Of a stretch of DNA of 56,419 nt, positions 8,084 through 17,704 are shown piece after piece. A model generated the notes under the pieces. That model was given only the letters and a program-made list of their open reading frames with translations, searched no databases and was not told the origin of the DNA. Position numbers and translations under genes: made by a program. Source of the stretch: a virus (lineage: Duplodnaviria; Caudoviricetes); the IMG/VR virus record IMGVR_UViG_3300021354_000009, positions 1 through 56,419 of that record, one strand, 5' to 3'. How positions within the stretch are numbered: the first letter of the stretch is position 1; the number at the start of each line of letters is the position of its first letter.

Positions 8084-10230
8084 TAGAAAGTTCCTCCAGT
8101 AATGCCACCTGTAATTGTCCCATTAACGGCATTACAAGTTATTGATGAGTTTACCAATTCAGGTAGATTTCCGCTAGTAGCAGTTACAAAAGTTAAGTAA
8201 TTTGTTGCACCAGAAGATGCTGACGTAATACCCACATTAGTTGCGTTTGTTGCGGTTCCTGACGTCTCTGCGTTTAAGTTAGCCACTTGAGTTGTGGATG
8301 CAACCGTTAAAGGAGCCGTACCCGTGGCTATTGTCGAAATAAGCCTTGTACCTTGCACCGTCTGAGACGTAATAATTGCAGAGCCAGTGCTTAGTGTGTT
8401 TGTGCTCCAAGTGGTGTTTGCTGGCGCTTGGAAATGGGTGTCCCATGAACCTGCCGCTATTGCATTAGATAAAAGAGTTACATCAACAAATCCACCCGAA
8501 GGTACAGACACAATAAGTGTCCCTGAATTATTGTTGACTGTTATGGCACCACTGCTTTGGTTATTGTTGAATGTGTAATTAACACCATTTGCCAAAGTTG
8601 TTGCATTAGGTAATTGATATGTCTGCCCACCAGAACCAGTAACTACATAATTTGGTACAGATGCAACTGTTAATGTCGTGGTTGTACCAGTTGCGGCAAC
8701 ACTTAAATAACCTTGGCTAAGTGAATTTACAGAAATATTTTGATTTGCATCTTTAACAACAATGCCACTTGCACCGTTGGTTGCATTACCCAAAGCCGTT
8801 AATACACCAGTTCCAGTGGTTGTGGTGCTTGGAGCCACGCCTGCACCGCCCCCAATCATCAAAGCGCTAGCCGTTAAAACCGCGCTTGATGCCCATGTAC
8901 TTGCAGAACTGAAGTAAACAACACCGCCAGAGGTGCCTGCAACGGTCAAAGCAGGGGTTGTAGTTGGTGTTGCTACAGTAATTAAACCGCCAGTAAAACC
9001 AACGCTAGTAACCGTACCTGATGAAGTACTAATGGTTGCCCAAGTTCCATCACCTCGCAAATACGTGGTGGATGATGGTGTTCCTGAAACTGCACCAGAT
9101 AACGCTGTAACGCTAGAAATTAATGTGCCAGATGTTGGCAACGTAACTGCCGTATTTGCAGTTGCCGTAAAAGATTGTGTAAAAGCGCCTGAGTGCGTTA
9201 AGTTACCACCAATTGTGATCGTGCTTGATCCGTTGTTTACCCCAGTGCCACCACTTGCACCGCCTAGAGTACCACCCAAAGTAATCACGCCCGTAGTTGC
9301 AGTCGATGGCGTTAAACCACTTAAAGATGTTTGAAAAGAGGTAACCCCACCCGCAGAACCATTTGATGCAACAGTAATTTGACCTTGAGCATTAACAGTG
9401 ATGTTGGCATTTGTGTAGGAGCCTGCAACCACTGTTGTGTCAGCAATTGAAATAGTGCCTGTCGAGGTGATAGGGCCACCCGTAAGACCAGTTCCAGTTG
9501 CAACAGAAGTAACACCAGTACCCGTGGTAATTGAACCCCACACGCCATTTGCATAGCCTTCAAATGTTCCAGTAGTAGTGTTGTATCTAAGTTGGCCATT
9601 TGTGGCACTACCACGTTGTCCAGTAGTACCACTAGGAATTGTTATTGAAGCGGTGCCTGGCACCACTGGGTTAGACGCAATACCTATAGTGGGCGAACCA
9701 CCTATGCCGTTTCCATTGCTAACACTAATTTGATTAGTAGTACCAACGATTGTGGTAGCTGTAACAGTGTTTCCGTTAACAGTTAATAAACCAACCGCAC
9801 TTGTACTAGAAATGTTTTGTAAAAGTTGGCTTAAACCGATCAAAGGATTTGCAGAAACACCATCACCATTAGAGACGGTCATCCCTGAGCCAACCGTTAT
9901 TGAACGGTTTGTGACTGTGCTAGCGCTATCTTTGACAATAATTCCTGTACTTGCGCTATTCAAACTTGCTGACGCGCCAGTCATGTTGATTCGCAAAGTG
10001 GTGCCTGCGCCACCATCAGTTAAAGATAACCCAGTGCTAGTCGTTAAATAACGCGCTTGGGTCAATCCTGAAGTTGATCCAACAGTCAAAAACGGATAGT
10101 TCAGTGCGCCCGCACCAGAAATAGAGCTAGTAGTGGTTTGTACAGTTACACCGTTTTGAACAATAGGTACAAGCTCAGAACCCGTCAAGGCTGATGCGTT
10201 TGGTAGTTGGGTAATGGTTATATTGGCCAT
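8083..10230 (-). CDS. Tail fibre protein
   Basis: 715 aa, very rich in Thr/Gly/Ser; GQLRYNTTTGTFEGY, GVTSVATGTGLTGGPIT and TYLRGDGTWA fibre motifs. Confidence 0.8.
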   Translation of the reverse strand: MANITITQLPNASALTGSELVPIVQNGVTVQTTTSSISGAGALNYPFLTVGSTSGLTQARYLTTSTGLSLTDGGAGTTLRINMTGASASLNSASTGIIVKDSASTVTNRSITVGSGMTVSNGDGVSANPLIGLSQLLQNISSTSAVGLLTVNGNTVTATTIVGTTNQISVSNGNGIGGSPTIGIASNPVVPGTASITIPSGTTGQRGSATNGQLRYNTTTGTFEGYANGVWGSITTGTGVTSVATGTGLTGGPITSTGTISIADTTVVAGSYTNANITVNAQGQITVASNGSAGGVTSFQTSLSGLTPSTATTGVITLGGTLGGASGGTGVNNGSSTITIGGNLTHSGAFTQSFTATANTAVTLPTSGTLISSVTALSGAVSGTPSSTTYLRGDGTWATISTSSGTVTSVGFTGGLITVATPTTTPALTVAGTSGGVVYFSSASTWASSAVLTASALMIGGGAGVAPSTTTTGTGVLTALGNATNGASGIVVKDANQNISVNSLSQGYLSVAATGTTTTLTVASVPNYVVTGSGGQTYQLPNATTLANGVNYTFNNNQSSGAITVNNNSGTLIVSVPSGGFVDVTLLSNAIAAGSWDTHFQAPANTTWSTNTLSTGSAIITSQTVQGTRLISTIATGTAPLTVASTTQVANLNAETSGTATNATNVGITSASSGATNYLTFVTATSGNLPELVNSSITCNAVNGTITGGITGGTF

Positions 10231-10232
10231 AT

Positions 10233-10580
10233 TTACTGCCCCGGTGATGGACTCAAAGTATCAAGGTTTCCGTTATTAGAAGGCGTTTGAGTGTTTTGCT
10301 CAGGTGAAAGATCAAGTTGATTATCACCTGTTGTGATGATTGCGTCAGGATCCACAGCTACGCTAACGTCAGGACGTGGATACGCCAATGTAATGCGCTC
10401 AGTCTTGCGTGCAGGCAACCGATACGGATCCTTTTGATCAGCACAACCTTGTTGACAAACGCGAAGGCCTGGAAAATTTGGATCAGGCATTTCTTCAACA
10501 ATTGGTCTTTTCATCTTGCATCTGTCGCAAATGAAAATTGCAATTACTGCATTGCCTTCGGTGTTTAAAAAACGAGGCAT
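10233..10580 (-). CDS. Conserved Cys-containing (CxxC) morphogenesis-region protein
   Basis: ICDRC...VCQQGCADQKDPYRLP; located between adaptor and fibre genes. Confidence 0.55.
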   Translation of the reverse strand: MPRFLNTEGNAVIAIFICDRCKMKRPIVEEMPDPNFPGLRVCQQGCADQKDPYRLPARKTERITLAYPRPDVSVAVDPDAIITTGDNQLDLSPEQNTQTPSNNGNLDTLSPSPGQ

Positions 10581-10582
10581 TC

Positions 10583-11656
10583 TTACCTCGTGTACACGCT
10601 AATGTTTGGAGCAAAGTAGATTGGTGACTTATCACGCTCTTCTTGCTCCGCCATGATGAAGTACTTCTCCGCTTGGGCTTCCAAGTATTGAATCTTTGCG
10701 AGATCAATGGCAGGCAACTGTTGGCTCATTTGGTGAGCTAGCATATTCTGTATAGCCATCAACCAACGGTCTGGGATAGCCAATTGACCGTTCAGTGCAC
10801 CAACGTCTTCCACTTGGCTTGAATACCACACGGTCATTTGATAGAACGCGCTCTGTGGGGTTGGCCACAAAGTGATAGTTGCTTGGGGAATGGTACGGTT
10901 CAACCAGAACTGGAACGGTTGGTTTGCCGTAAAGTTCTTGTTTGGTAAGTTGGTGTAGTCATCACGGTTCAAACGAGCCATGGTGATTTCTGTTGAGTTC
11001 ACACCCAAGTACCACTCACGGATAGCCAAAGTAGTACCACCAAACGCTTGAATACGGTAGTACTGGACGTTTGCGCCTGGATCTATGTCTTGCCACAACC
11101 ACTGTCCATCCGTCACAGTAACCGCAGTTGCCGTGTACAGCGTCGTCCAAGTCGATCCATCGCTAGATGCTTGGTAGTAGTAACTCCACGTAGCAGAGCC
11201 TCCACCAGACACGTATGGCATCATGCCAATTGAGCCAATGTACTGAGGATTGTTTGTTCCGTAATTGACCACGATATTGCCATTGGCGCTACCTTGTTGG
11301 CAATAAGTTGCCACGTTGTCATCAGCCACGTTTTGGACGATACCGCCCGCACTCGTGGTGTACGAACCAATAGGTTGCGTCATCCAACGATACAAGGCGT
11401 TTAAAACGTCTACCCCACCCGTGGGTAGCAAGTACTCGTATTTGTTCGGCTGAAGCCCGTATACGTACTTCTTGATGGCAAAGTATTGGATACCTTGGTT
11501 GATCAAGTTGCTCAAGATCATGAAGAGAGACTGTTTTGAGGCTTGTACCTGTTCAACAGTCAACTCTTCCGCCAACTTGCCCGCGCGTCTAGCCCCATCA
11601 TCGATCAAGTTCTGAACGGTGATTACTGTTTGACCGACTGTTCCGCTAGTTGACAT
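10583..11656 (-). CDS. Head-tail adaptor / tail tubular protein with inserted discoidin-like beta domain
   Basis: Helical N-terminus, RDDYTNLPNK...ITLWPTP core; insert YQASSDGSTWTTL...YYRI resembles F5/8 type C. Confidence 0.65.
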   Translation of the reverse strand: MSTSGTVGQTVITVQNLIDDGARRAGKLAEELTVEQVQASKQSLFMILSNLINQGIQYFAIKKYVYGLQPNKYEYLLPTGGVDVLNALYRWMTQPIGSYTTSAGGIVQNVADDNVATYCQQGSANGNIVVNYGTNNPQYIGSIGMMPYVSGGGSATWSYYYQASSDGSTWTTLYTATAVTVTDGQWLWQDIDPGANVQYYRIQAFGGTTLAIREWYLGVNSTEITMARLNRDDYTNLPNKNFTANQPFQFWLNRTIPQATITLWPTPQSAFYQMTVWYSSQVEDVGALNGQLAIPDRWLMAIQNMLAHQMSQQLPAIDLAKIQYLEAQAEKYFIMAEQEERDKSPIYFAPNISVYTR

Positions 11657-11665
11657 TGTTTACCT

Positions 11666-12061
11666 CTACCAATTGGGGCAATTCCACCGTTTTAGTGATG
11701 CTTTTGCTCTCGGTGCATCACCCTTTGCATGTTCTACAACGCCACTCATTCTTGCGCAAAAAGAGTCTTTACGGGCTCCGCCTTGAGGTTGTGGAGCCTT
11801 TAAATGGCTACCAGTCTCACGGTTGTACTTTGCACGACCTTTAGCGGTCAGACCAGCCCCCTTTGACTCTGGAAGCTTCTCACCCCTACCAATGGCAAGA
11901 GAGACGCCACCTTTGCTCATTTTGGCTGTTTTGGCTGACTCTTTAAACGCTTCAGCAGTTGGGGCACCTTTGCTACCAACTCTGCGCATTTTTTCGCCAG
12001 AGCCATTAGCAATTCTTTGCTGTTTTGCATGAATGTTTGCATATAGACCTTGTTTAGCCAT
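11666..12061 (-). CDS. Small basic phage protein (DUF6321-like)
   Basis: GLYANIHAK and RKDSFCARMSG...SLKRWNC motifs. Confidence 0.65.
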   Translation of the reverse strand: MAKQGLYANIHAKQQRIANGSGEKMRRVGSKGAPTAEAFKESAKTAKMSKGGVSLAIGRGEKLPESKGAGLTAKGRAKYNRETGSHLKAPQPQGGARKDSFCARMSGVVEHAKGDAPRAKASLKRWNCPNW

Positions 12062-12064
12062 AAA

Positions 12065-12499
12065 TTACCAGCAAGAGTTAGTTTTCTTAACCTTGCCACC
12101 CTTAGCTTTTTTCTGATGCATCTTTTCAAAGCCTTCACGAACTTTGCTCAAAAAATCCATGCCTTGTGCTTTGTTCATTGGCTTTTGTTTTGCCATGCGC
12201 GCCTGCTCTTGAAGCACTCTGCGATCTTGAGGAGTATCCATCCCAGTGCTTTCAAGAGGGGGTGGAGACTTCATACGTGACGAAGGACGCTTTTTCAAAG
12301 AAGCGTAGTAATCGACATCGCTATCGTATGAGTGTGGGCTGTAAGACTCAGGACGAACATCGCCACCACTAGCTTTTTTAGCCGCACGCTTGGTAGCGTA
12401 AGCGATGGCCACGGCTTGCTTTTGTGGCTTGCCTGCGTTCATCTCAGCCTTGATGTTTGACTTAAACGCCTTGTCAGATTTTGATTTGATTAAAGGCAT
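12065..12499 (-). CDS. Small basic head-region protein
   Basis: MPLIKSKS...GKPQKQAVAIAY N-terminus; two K-A-x-G-G-x-V motifs. Confidence 0.65.
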   Translation of the reverse strand: MPLIKSKSDKAFKSNIKAEMNAGKPQKQAVAIAYATKRAAKKASGGDVRPESYSPHSYDSDVDYYASLKKRPSSRMKSPPPLESTGMDTPQDRRVLQEQARMAKQKPMNKAQGMDFLSKVREGFEKMHQKKAKGGKVKKTNSCW

Positions 12500-12501
12500 G
12501 A

Positions 12502-13134
12502 TTAAGCCAATCCAGAACTATTTTGGTTAAGCCAAATGGTGAATGTTGCACTAGCAGTTACTGAGTTAACAAGCAAAATTATTCCAGTTGCGCTTACTGA
12601 AGCAGTTCCAGAAGTGTTTGCTGTTTTTGATGTCAACGCAGTAATTGGTGTAGAAACTGAGTTTGCACTATGCACATATACATTTGCAAAAGTTTCATAC
12701 ACGGTGTAGTTGATTGTTCCAGTTATCGCAACCGTCATGCTTGCCGCCGCCGCTGAATTGGTCAGTGGAATTGTTGGGCTAATGGCGGTAACTGCAATAC
12801 CAACAGCCAATGTCAAAGCACCCATGGTGGCTGACGGTTGAATTGTTGATACAGTTTTAAAAAACTTGGTGCTTGTAACTGTTGATGCACTGGCGGGGCC
12901 AGCAATCGTCTCAGATATATCGTGACCATCGGGGTCTGTTCCGACAATCGTAAAATTGATACCAGCCAAAGTAGCTTGAGCAGGCGATGTGAGTGTCACA
13001 TAGTGCGCCAAACCATCTGTAGTCGATGTTGTAGTTGGGGCAGTCGCTACGCCCGTACTAGTAAATCCTTGGGCATTGAATGCCGTTGTTGAGGCTACCG
13101 CAGGCGTGTATGGCCCTTGTACTATTGGTCGCAT
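12502..13134 (-). CDS. Virion structural protein (Thr/Ala-rich)
   Basis: 210 aa, GGAG RBS; FTIVGTD motif similar to FTVTGYD in 14533..15519. Confidence 0.6.
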   Translation of the reverse strand: MRPIVQGPYTPAVASTTAFNAQGFTSTGVATAPTTTSTTDGLAHYVTLTSPAQATLAGINFTIVGTDPDGHDISETIAGPASASTVTSTKFFKTVSTIQPSATMGALTLAVGIAVTAISPTIPLTNSAAAASMTVAITGTINYTVYETFANVYVHSANSVSTPITALTSKTANTSGTASVSATGIILLVNSVTASATFTIWLNQNSSGLA

Positions 13135-13152
13135 TCTAATTCTCCAAAAATT

Positions 13153-13179
13153 AAAAGTAGGGGCACGTAGCCCCCACTT
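13153..13179 (-). terminator. Rho-independent terminator
   Basis: Stem AAGTGGGGGC/GCCCCTACTT followed by a T-rich tract on the minus strand. Confidence 0.7.
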
Positions 13180-13182
13180 AGT

Positions 13183-14520
13183 TTACGCTTTTCCGCCACG
13201 TTTGCGAGGGGCTACCGTCACTGATTTCTCAGTTTTTGTAATGCTACCCGCAGGTGCTGGCTTGCTAGTAAAGTAATCCCGAATCTTTCCGTAGCCCTCT
13301 TTCATCATGCTCAAAGGATTCAAAGCTTCTTCAAGCTCACGACTCGCTTTGTCAGTAACTACTTTTGGATCACCAGATGGTGTAACAGAAGATCCGCTTT
13401 CATACTTTTTTACATTGCCACCTTTTGCATGACGACCTTTTAACAAAGAATGAATTGCTTTTGCTTCTTTACCACTAATCTTGCGACCAGATCGATTAGA
13501 ACTAGCAATTGATTTGTTAACAGCGTCTTCACTGTAAGACGAAGCAGGAGCATGAATTAAATTATGGCGCTCTTTTGGAGACATATTTAATTTTGCCCAA
13601 GGCGAAAATTCTTTTTCACCTTTTTCTTCACCACCATCTGCATGGTGGCTAACTTTTCCGCCTTTAGCAAAGGTGCCAGATTGCAAGCTGTTTGCCACTG
13701 GACGTGACATAGGCTTGCGTGGCATAGCGACGGGTTTGCCTGTATTAACAGTACCCCCCGTCGCGTAGGCTTTTTTTGTTGAACCGCCCTTCTTGAAGCC
13801 ACCACCGTTGCCGTTCTTTACACCACCAGTAGTAGTGTTTGAAACGCCACCATGTGCGGTATCAGCGGCTCGGTTCTCCCAATTGCCACCTTCAATAGCG
13901 CGACCTAGGCCAGGCACTTTTCCGCCCTTTTTGTAGCCACCGCCATTACCCATCTTGACACCAGAAGTACCAGAAGCTTTGTCAGTCTTGTCCCCGTCCA
14001 CCACTTTGGTGTTCATGAACTTGCTTGCATTGCCTTTGATAGTGCCACCGTTGGCATAACCGCCACCATTCTTTTCCTTGATGCCTTTGGTGCCATGAGC
14101 CTTATCGGTCTTGTCACCGTCAACAACCTTGGTATTCAAGAATTTGCTAGCGTTACCTTTGATGGTAGTTTTGGTTTCAGCACTGTCGATCTTGCCACCA
14201 GAAGCGAACTTCTTGCCTGCCATAGCCTTCTTGATCATTGCGCGATCTTGAGCGGCGTCTTCGTGCTTGTCCATTGAGCCACCTTTTTTGGCCATCATCA
14301 GAGGATTCATCGCTTTACGACGAGCCATCATTGGTGGACGCTTTGGTGCTATTCCCATAGGAGGTGCTGAAGCAACAGGCATTTGGGCAGGCATAGTGGA
14401 TTGCATAGGGGCAAAATCACCGCCCATAGCCATCTTGGATACTTTGCCACCCTTTTTAAGCTTCAGGATTACTGAAGGCTCTGTGGTCATCATTTTGACC
14501 ATTGGTTTGAATTGACCCAT
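13183..14520 (-). CDS. Lys/Gly-rich low-complexity internal head protein with 12 xxxGG motifs
   Basis: 445 aa; LKKGG, MAMGG, FASGG, YANGG, YKKGG, FKKGG, YATGG, FAKGG and others; internal ~40-aa duplication (TIKGNASKFxNTKVVDGDKTDKA). Confidence 0.7.
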   Translation of the reverse strand: MGQFKPMVKMMTTEPSVILKLKKGGKVSKMAMGGDFAPMQSTMPAQMPVASAPPMGIAPKRPPMMARRKAMNPLMMAKKGGSMDKHEDAAQDRAMIKKAMAGKKFASGGKIDSAETKTTIKGNASKFLNTKVVDGDKTDKAHGTKGIKEKNGGGYANGGTIKGNASKFMNTKVVDGDKTDKASGTSGVKMGNGGGYKKGGKVPGLGRAIEGGNWENRAADTAHGGVSNTTTGGVKNGNGGGFKKGGSTKKAYATGGTVNTGKPVAMPRKPMSRPVANSLQSGTFAKGGKVSHHADGGEEKGEKEFSPWAKLNMSPKERHNLIHAPASSYSEDAVNKSIASSNRSGRKISGKEAKAIHSLLKGRHAKGGNVKKYESGSSVTPSGDPKVVTDKASRELEEALNPLSMMKEGYGKIRDYFTSKPAPAGSITKTEKSVTVAPRKRGGKA

Positions 14521-14532
14521 TGTGTTCTCCTC

Positions 14533-15519
14533 TTAGGAAACTAAGTTTTGGTTCACACCAAGAGCACCAGTGCGAGTCGCATTGGGGCCAACAGCGATGC
14601 CAGGGAGCGTCACAGCCATCACCGTGCGGATAATTCCGTTCGATGTAGTTGCAGGCGCGTAGGTTCCGCGAACGTCACCAGTGCCTGTTGTTGCTGTAGC
14701 AGTGTCTGCGGCGACAAACGTACCAGCGTCTTGCGCTAGTGTGTTGTTGCTCTTGACGCTTGCTACATACGCTACGTTAGCAACGCGAACTGGGATACCT
14801 AGGACATCACTTGTACCGATCACAACCGCAGTTGCAGAACCAGAAATCGTTGCACCAGAGATCTGATAGAACGCTTTTAAGCCAGTTACAGCAGTTGCCG
14901 CGGTGACCACAGTGATCAATTCACTCATGGATTGACCGTAGACGTCATAACCAGTAACGGTAAACGCACGAGCAGTTGTTGAAGAATTAACTTTAACAGC
15001 GCGTGGCACGTCTAACTGGATCACAGTTACGCCATCTTGACGAACAACAGACTTGGCTGATGTACCAGCAGTCAAAGTAACTGCTTGATTGGCAGTTGTT
15101 GTTGTTTGCGATAAAGCAATGTTGTTAGTGACTGGAGCTTGAGGAACGACGTCCCAAACATAGACACGACCAAGTGGGCCAATACCCAAGCTCATCGGAG
15201 ATGGATTGTCGTAAGGCTCTAGATCATGGAAAGTTAAAGCTGTTGTGTTAGCAATGTTAAGTGCTTGATTGAGTGTGTAAGTGCCTGTACCACCAGTACC
15301 AGTGCCAAATGCAGTGATATAGGTGCCATCAGTAACACTTGATCCATCAACATACATACCGAGAACAATTGGCGAACCAAAGTTCATCGCAGTTATTGTC
15401 AAAGTTGTTGATGAAACACTACCAGTACCACCAGTTGCGGTAGTAGAGTAGTTGCGAAGTCCCGTACCCATGTACGTTTGTGCAGGGCCTAAGAATAGGT
15501 CGTCGGAAAATTGAGGCAT
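14533..15519 (-). CDS. Capsid decoration / minor structural protein
   Basis: Directly downstream of the major capsid gene; Thr/Ala-rich beta protein; strong RBS. Confidence 0.6.
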   Translation of the reverse strand: MPQFSDDLFLGPAQTYMGTGLRNYSTTATGGTGSVSSTTLTITAMNFGSPIVLGMYVDGSSVTDGTYITAFGTGTGGTGTYTLNQALNIANTTALTFHDLEPYDNPSPMSLGIGPLGRVYVWDVVPQAPVTNNIALSQTTTTANQAVTLTAGTSAKSVVRQDGVTVIQLDVPRAVKVNSSTTARAFTVTGYDVYGQSMSELITVVTAATAVTGLKAFYQISGATISGSATAVVIGTSDVLGIPVRVANVAYVASVKSNNTLAQDAGTFVAADTATATTGTGDVRGTYAPATTSNGIIRTVMAVTLPGIAVGPNATRTGALGVNQNLVS

Positions 15520-15551
15520 TTGATCTTCTCCTTGAAAAGCTTGATCAGATT

Positions 15552-15586
15552 AAAAAAAAGGGGGTGTAATTTAGTTACAACCCCCT
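15552..15586 (-). terminator. Rho-independent terminator after the major capsid gene
   Basis: AGGGGGTTGTAAC/ATTACACCCCCT stem followed by a T run on the minus strand. Confidence 0.75.
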
Positions 15587-15593
15587 GTTTGCT

Positions 15594-16508
15594 TTAGACA
15601 CCAGCGGTGCCATAAGCACAACGTGGATCCGTAAAGCCTACGTCGTAACGCTCTGTAGCCTTGTAACGCATGGAGTCGGTTTCAAAATCACCTTCCATGG
15701 TCTTCTCAAGACGACGACGCATCAACAACTTGAAGCCTTCTGGAGCGTCAGTCTGCACCCACCATGCGGTAGATGAAGTCAAACGTGACAGAACTGCGGC
15801 ACCCTCGTCCAACAAGCCAATTGCCTTGATGGGGTTGATGTCGTTGTTTGCGTTGCCTGTACGTAGAACAGATTTCAACAACACTTCGGCTTGGAAGATG
15901 TTGCCTGGCGCCACGACTAATTGACGTGGAACCAAACGGATCTTCTTACCGTTGTTGTCAACAGCTTGACGAATCTGGATCAACATTTGCTCTAGTGACG
16001 TTTGCGACAAATTGGCTGATGTAGACAATTGGTTGCTAAACGTACCGTTCACGATTGGGTGAGCAGTGCTGATCAAAGAAACGCCATCACCGCCTGGGTA
16101 GGCAGAGTTGAACGATGTGTTTAACACGTTAGCTGACAACAACTCTTTGGTTTCCACCAAAGACTGTGCCAAGTGGCGTGCATAAACTTGACCGATACGG
16201 ATATGGTCGCCATCTTCAACAAGCACTTTGGTCAAAGCGAAGGCCAAGCCATACACTTTATACACATAGCGCTTTAAGAAGAGTACGCCACCCTGTTGAT
16301 ACGTAACGGGAGTACCGTCAGGCAACTGGGGTGCGGCACCAAATCCATAAAGGACAGGCTCTTCGTGGTAGTTACGTGGAATGCCGTCTTCTTCGCGGAA
16401 CACTCGGCTCCACTCGTCGGCACGTTGGTCATAGACTCCATCGAAGCATTCGTTGAGGATAGGTTCAACAATACTTCTAAAGTCCGTACTGCGCATTGGT
16501 GCGGCCAT
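15594..16508 (-). CDS. Major capsid protein (Mu gpT-like family)
   Basis: 304 aa; YHEEPVLYGFGAAP, GGDGVSLISTAHP and MEGDFETDSMRYKATERY motifs; position in the head module. Confidence 0.88.
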   Translation of the reverse strand: MAAPMRSTDFRSIVEPILNECFDGVYDQRADEWSRVFREEDGIPRNYHEEPVLYGFGAAPQLPDGTPVTYQQGGVLFLKRYVYKVYGLAFALTKVLVEDGDHIRIGQVYARHLAQSLVETKELLSANVLNTSFNSAYPGGDGVSLISTAHPIVNGTFSNQLSTSANLSQTSLEQMLIQIRQAVDNNGKKIRLVPRQLVVAPGNIFQAEVLLKSVLRTGNANNDINPIKAIGLLDEGAAVLSRLTSSTAWWVQTDAPEGFKLLMRRRLEKTMEGDFETDSMRYKATERYDVGFTDPRCAYGTAGV

Positions 16509-16524
16509 GATTTAGCTCCTTATA

Positions 16525-17124
16525 TTAAGCGATGGCCGTAAACGCGCCAAAGAATTGAGATTGTGCATTCACAACACGAACAATCGTGTATGAATCACCC
16601 CATGCATTGTCCACGTATGGAGCAATGTCAACAACTCGCATCTGACCTTGGGTTGTGTTACCAGCGGCAGTCGCAGAGCCTAAAGTAGCTTGCGATAAAC
16701 CAGTGGTAGAAGAACCCGCAGTAGTTGCAGTGAAGTTGTATTCATTGCCAATTGTGGTTTGTGCCATAGCGCCATCAGCTTGGATTTCATAAACGATGTT
16801 GTTGTCGTTATAGAAATAAGCTACGCACGAACCCGCGATATACGCAGTCGATGCAGGCCAGTAGTTAGATACGCGACGACGACCAGTTGTGTCAGTCCAC
16901 TCAACACCTGAGAACGCGCCAGACCATGCAACAGCAGATCCAGAAGCGGGGGCAGTAGTCAAGGGAATGATCACACCAGCAGACGCTGAGTAGGCAACAG
17001 GTTGCCCTTTCAGAATTTGGGTTCCATAACCCGATGTAATACCGCCAGCGAGCGCCTGTGCGCGATCCAGACCAGAAGGGTGGAACGCAGGACGCAAGCC
17101 GAACGGAGCATTAGTACTAGACAT
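16525..17124 (-). CDS. Minor capsid / cement protein
   Basis: MSSTNAPFGLRP N-terminus; immediately upstream of the major capsid gene. Confidence 0.65.
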   Translation of the reverse strand: MSSTNAPFGLRPAFHPSGLDRAQALAGGITSGYGTQILKGQPVAYSASAGVIIPLTTAPASGSAVAWSGAFSGVEWTDTTGRRRVSNYWPASTAYIAGSCVAYFYNDNNIVYEIQADGAMAQTTIGNEYNFTATTAGSSTTGLSQATLGSATAAGNTTQGQMRVVDIAPYVDNAWGDSYTIVRVVNAQSQFFGAFTAIA

Positions 17125-17141
17125 AATTTTCTCCTAAGAGG

Positions 17142-17687
17142 TTAACCCGAAAAGACGGGCGTTTTGCTTGGTTGATTATCAAGATTGCCAAGACCCTCAC
17201 CCTCAACATTCACAAGTGACTTGCCATTGCTATCACGTTGCCCTTGGAGACTTTCTAGTTGAACACGAACTTTGTCCGCTTCATCACGAGGTCTGTCATG
17301 GTGCATTTCCACCATGTAGTCCTGAAAGATATCCATTGGTAACTTAAATAACAACATCTCGTTACAAGAAATATACCCAACATGCTCACCCGATTTGACA
17401 TGGTAATCTTCATAGCCCGGTAACTCATCAGACTTAACTGGTACGTACCCTAGGCGAATCCGCTTATCAATTGAATCGTAGCTATTGGTTGTTGAAAGCC
17501 AGCAAGGATGCCACCCATCCATATTGGGTAGTTTTGGCAGTGCTGATTGCGTCCACTCATCGCTCCACATTTTTTTACGTTCCTGCGATGAAATGAACTT
17601 CTCTTCTGGTGCTTTGCGGGTGGCGTCCTCACTTGCGCGATCCTTGCGTCCACTAGCATTCAAAGATTTTTTAAGACGTGATTCCAT
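17142..17687 (-). CDS. Conserved head-module protein of unknown function
   Basis: 181 aa between the scaffold and capsid genes. Confidence 0.6.
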   Translation of the reverse strand: MESRLKKSLNASGRKDRASEDATRKAPEEKFISSQERKKMWSDEWTQSALPKLPNMDGWHPCWLSTTNSYDSIDKRIRLGYVPVKSDELPGYEDYHVKSGEHVGYISCNEMLLFKLPMDIFQDYMVEMHHDRPRDEADKVRVQLESLQGQRDSNGKSLVNVEGEGLGNLDNQPSKTPVFSG

Positions 17688-17704
17688 TATTTATTCTCCA
17701 AGTA

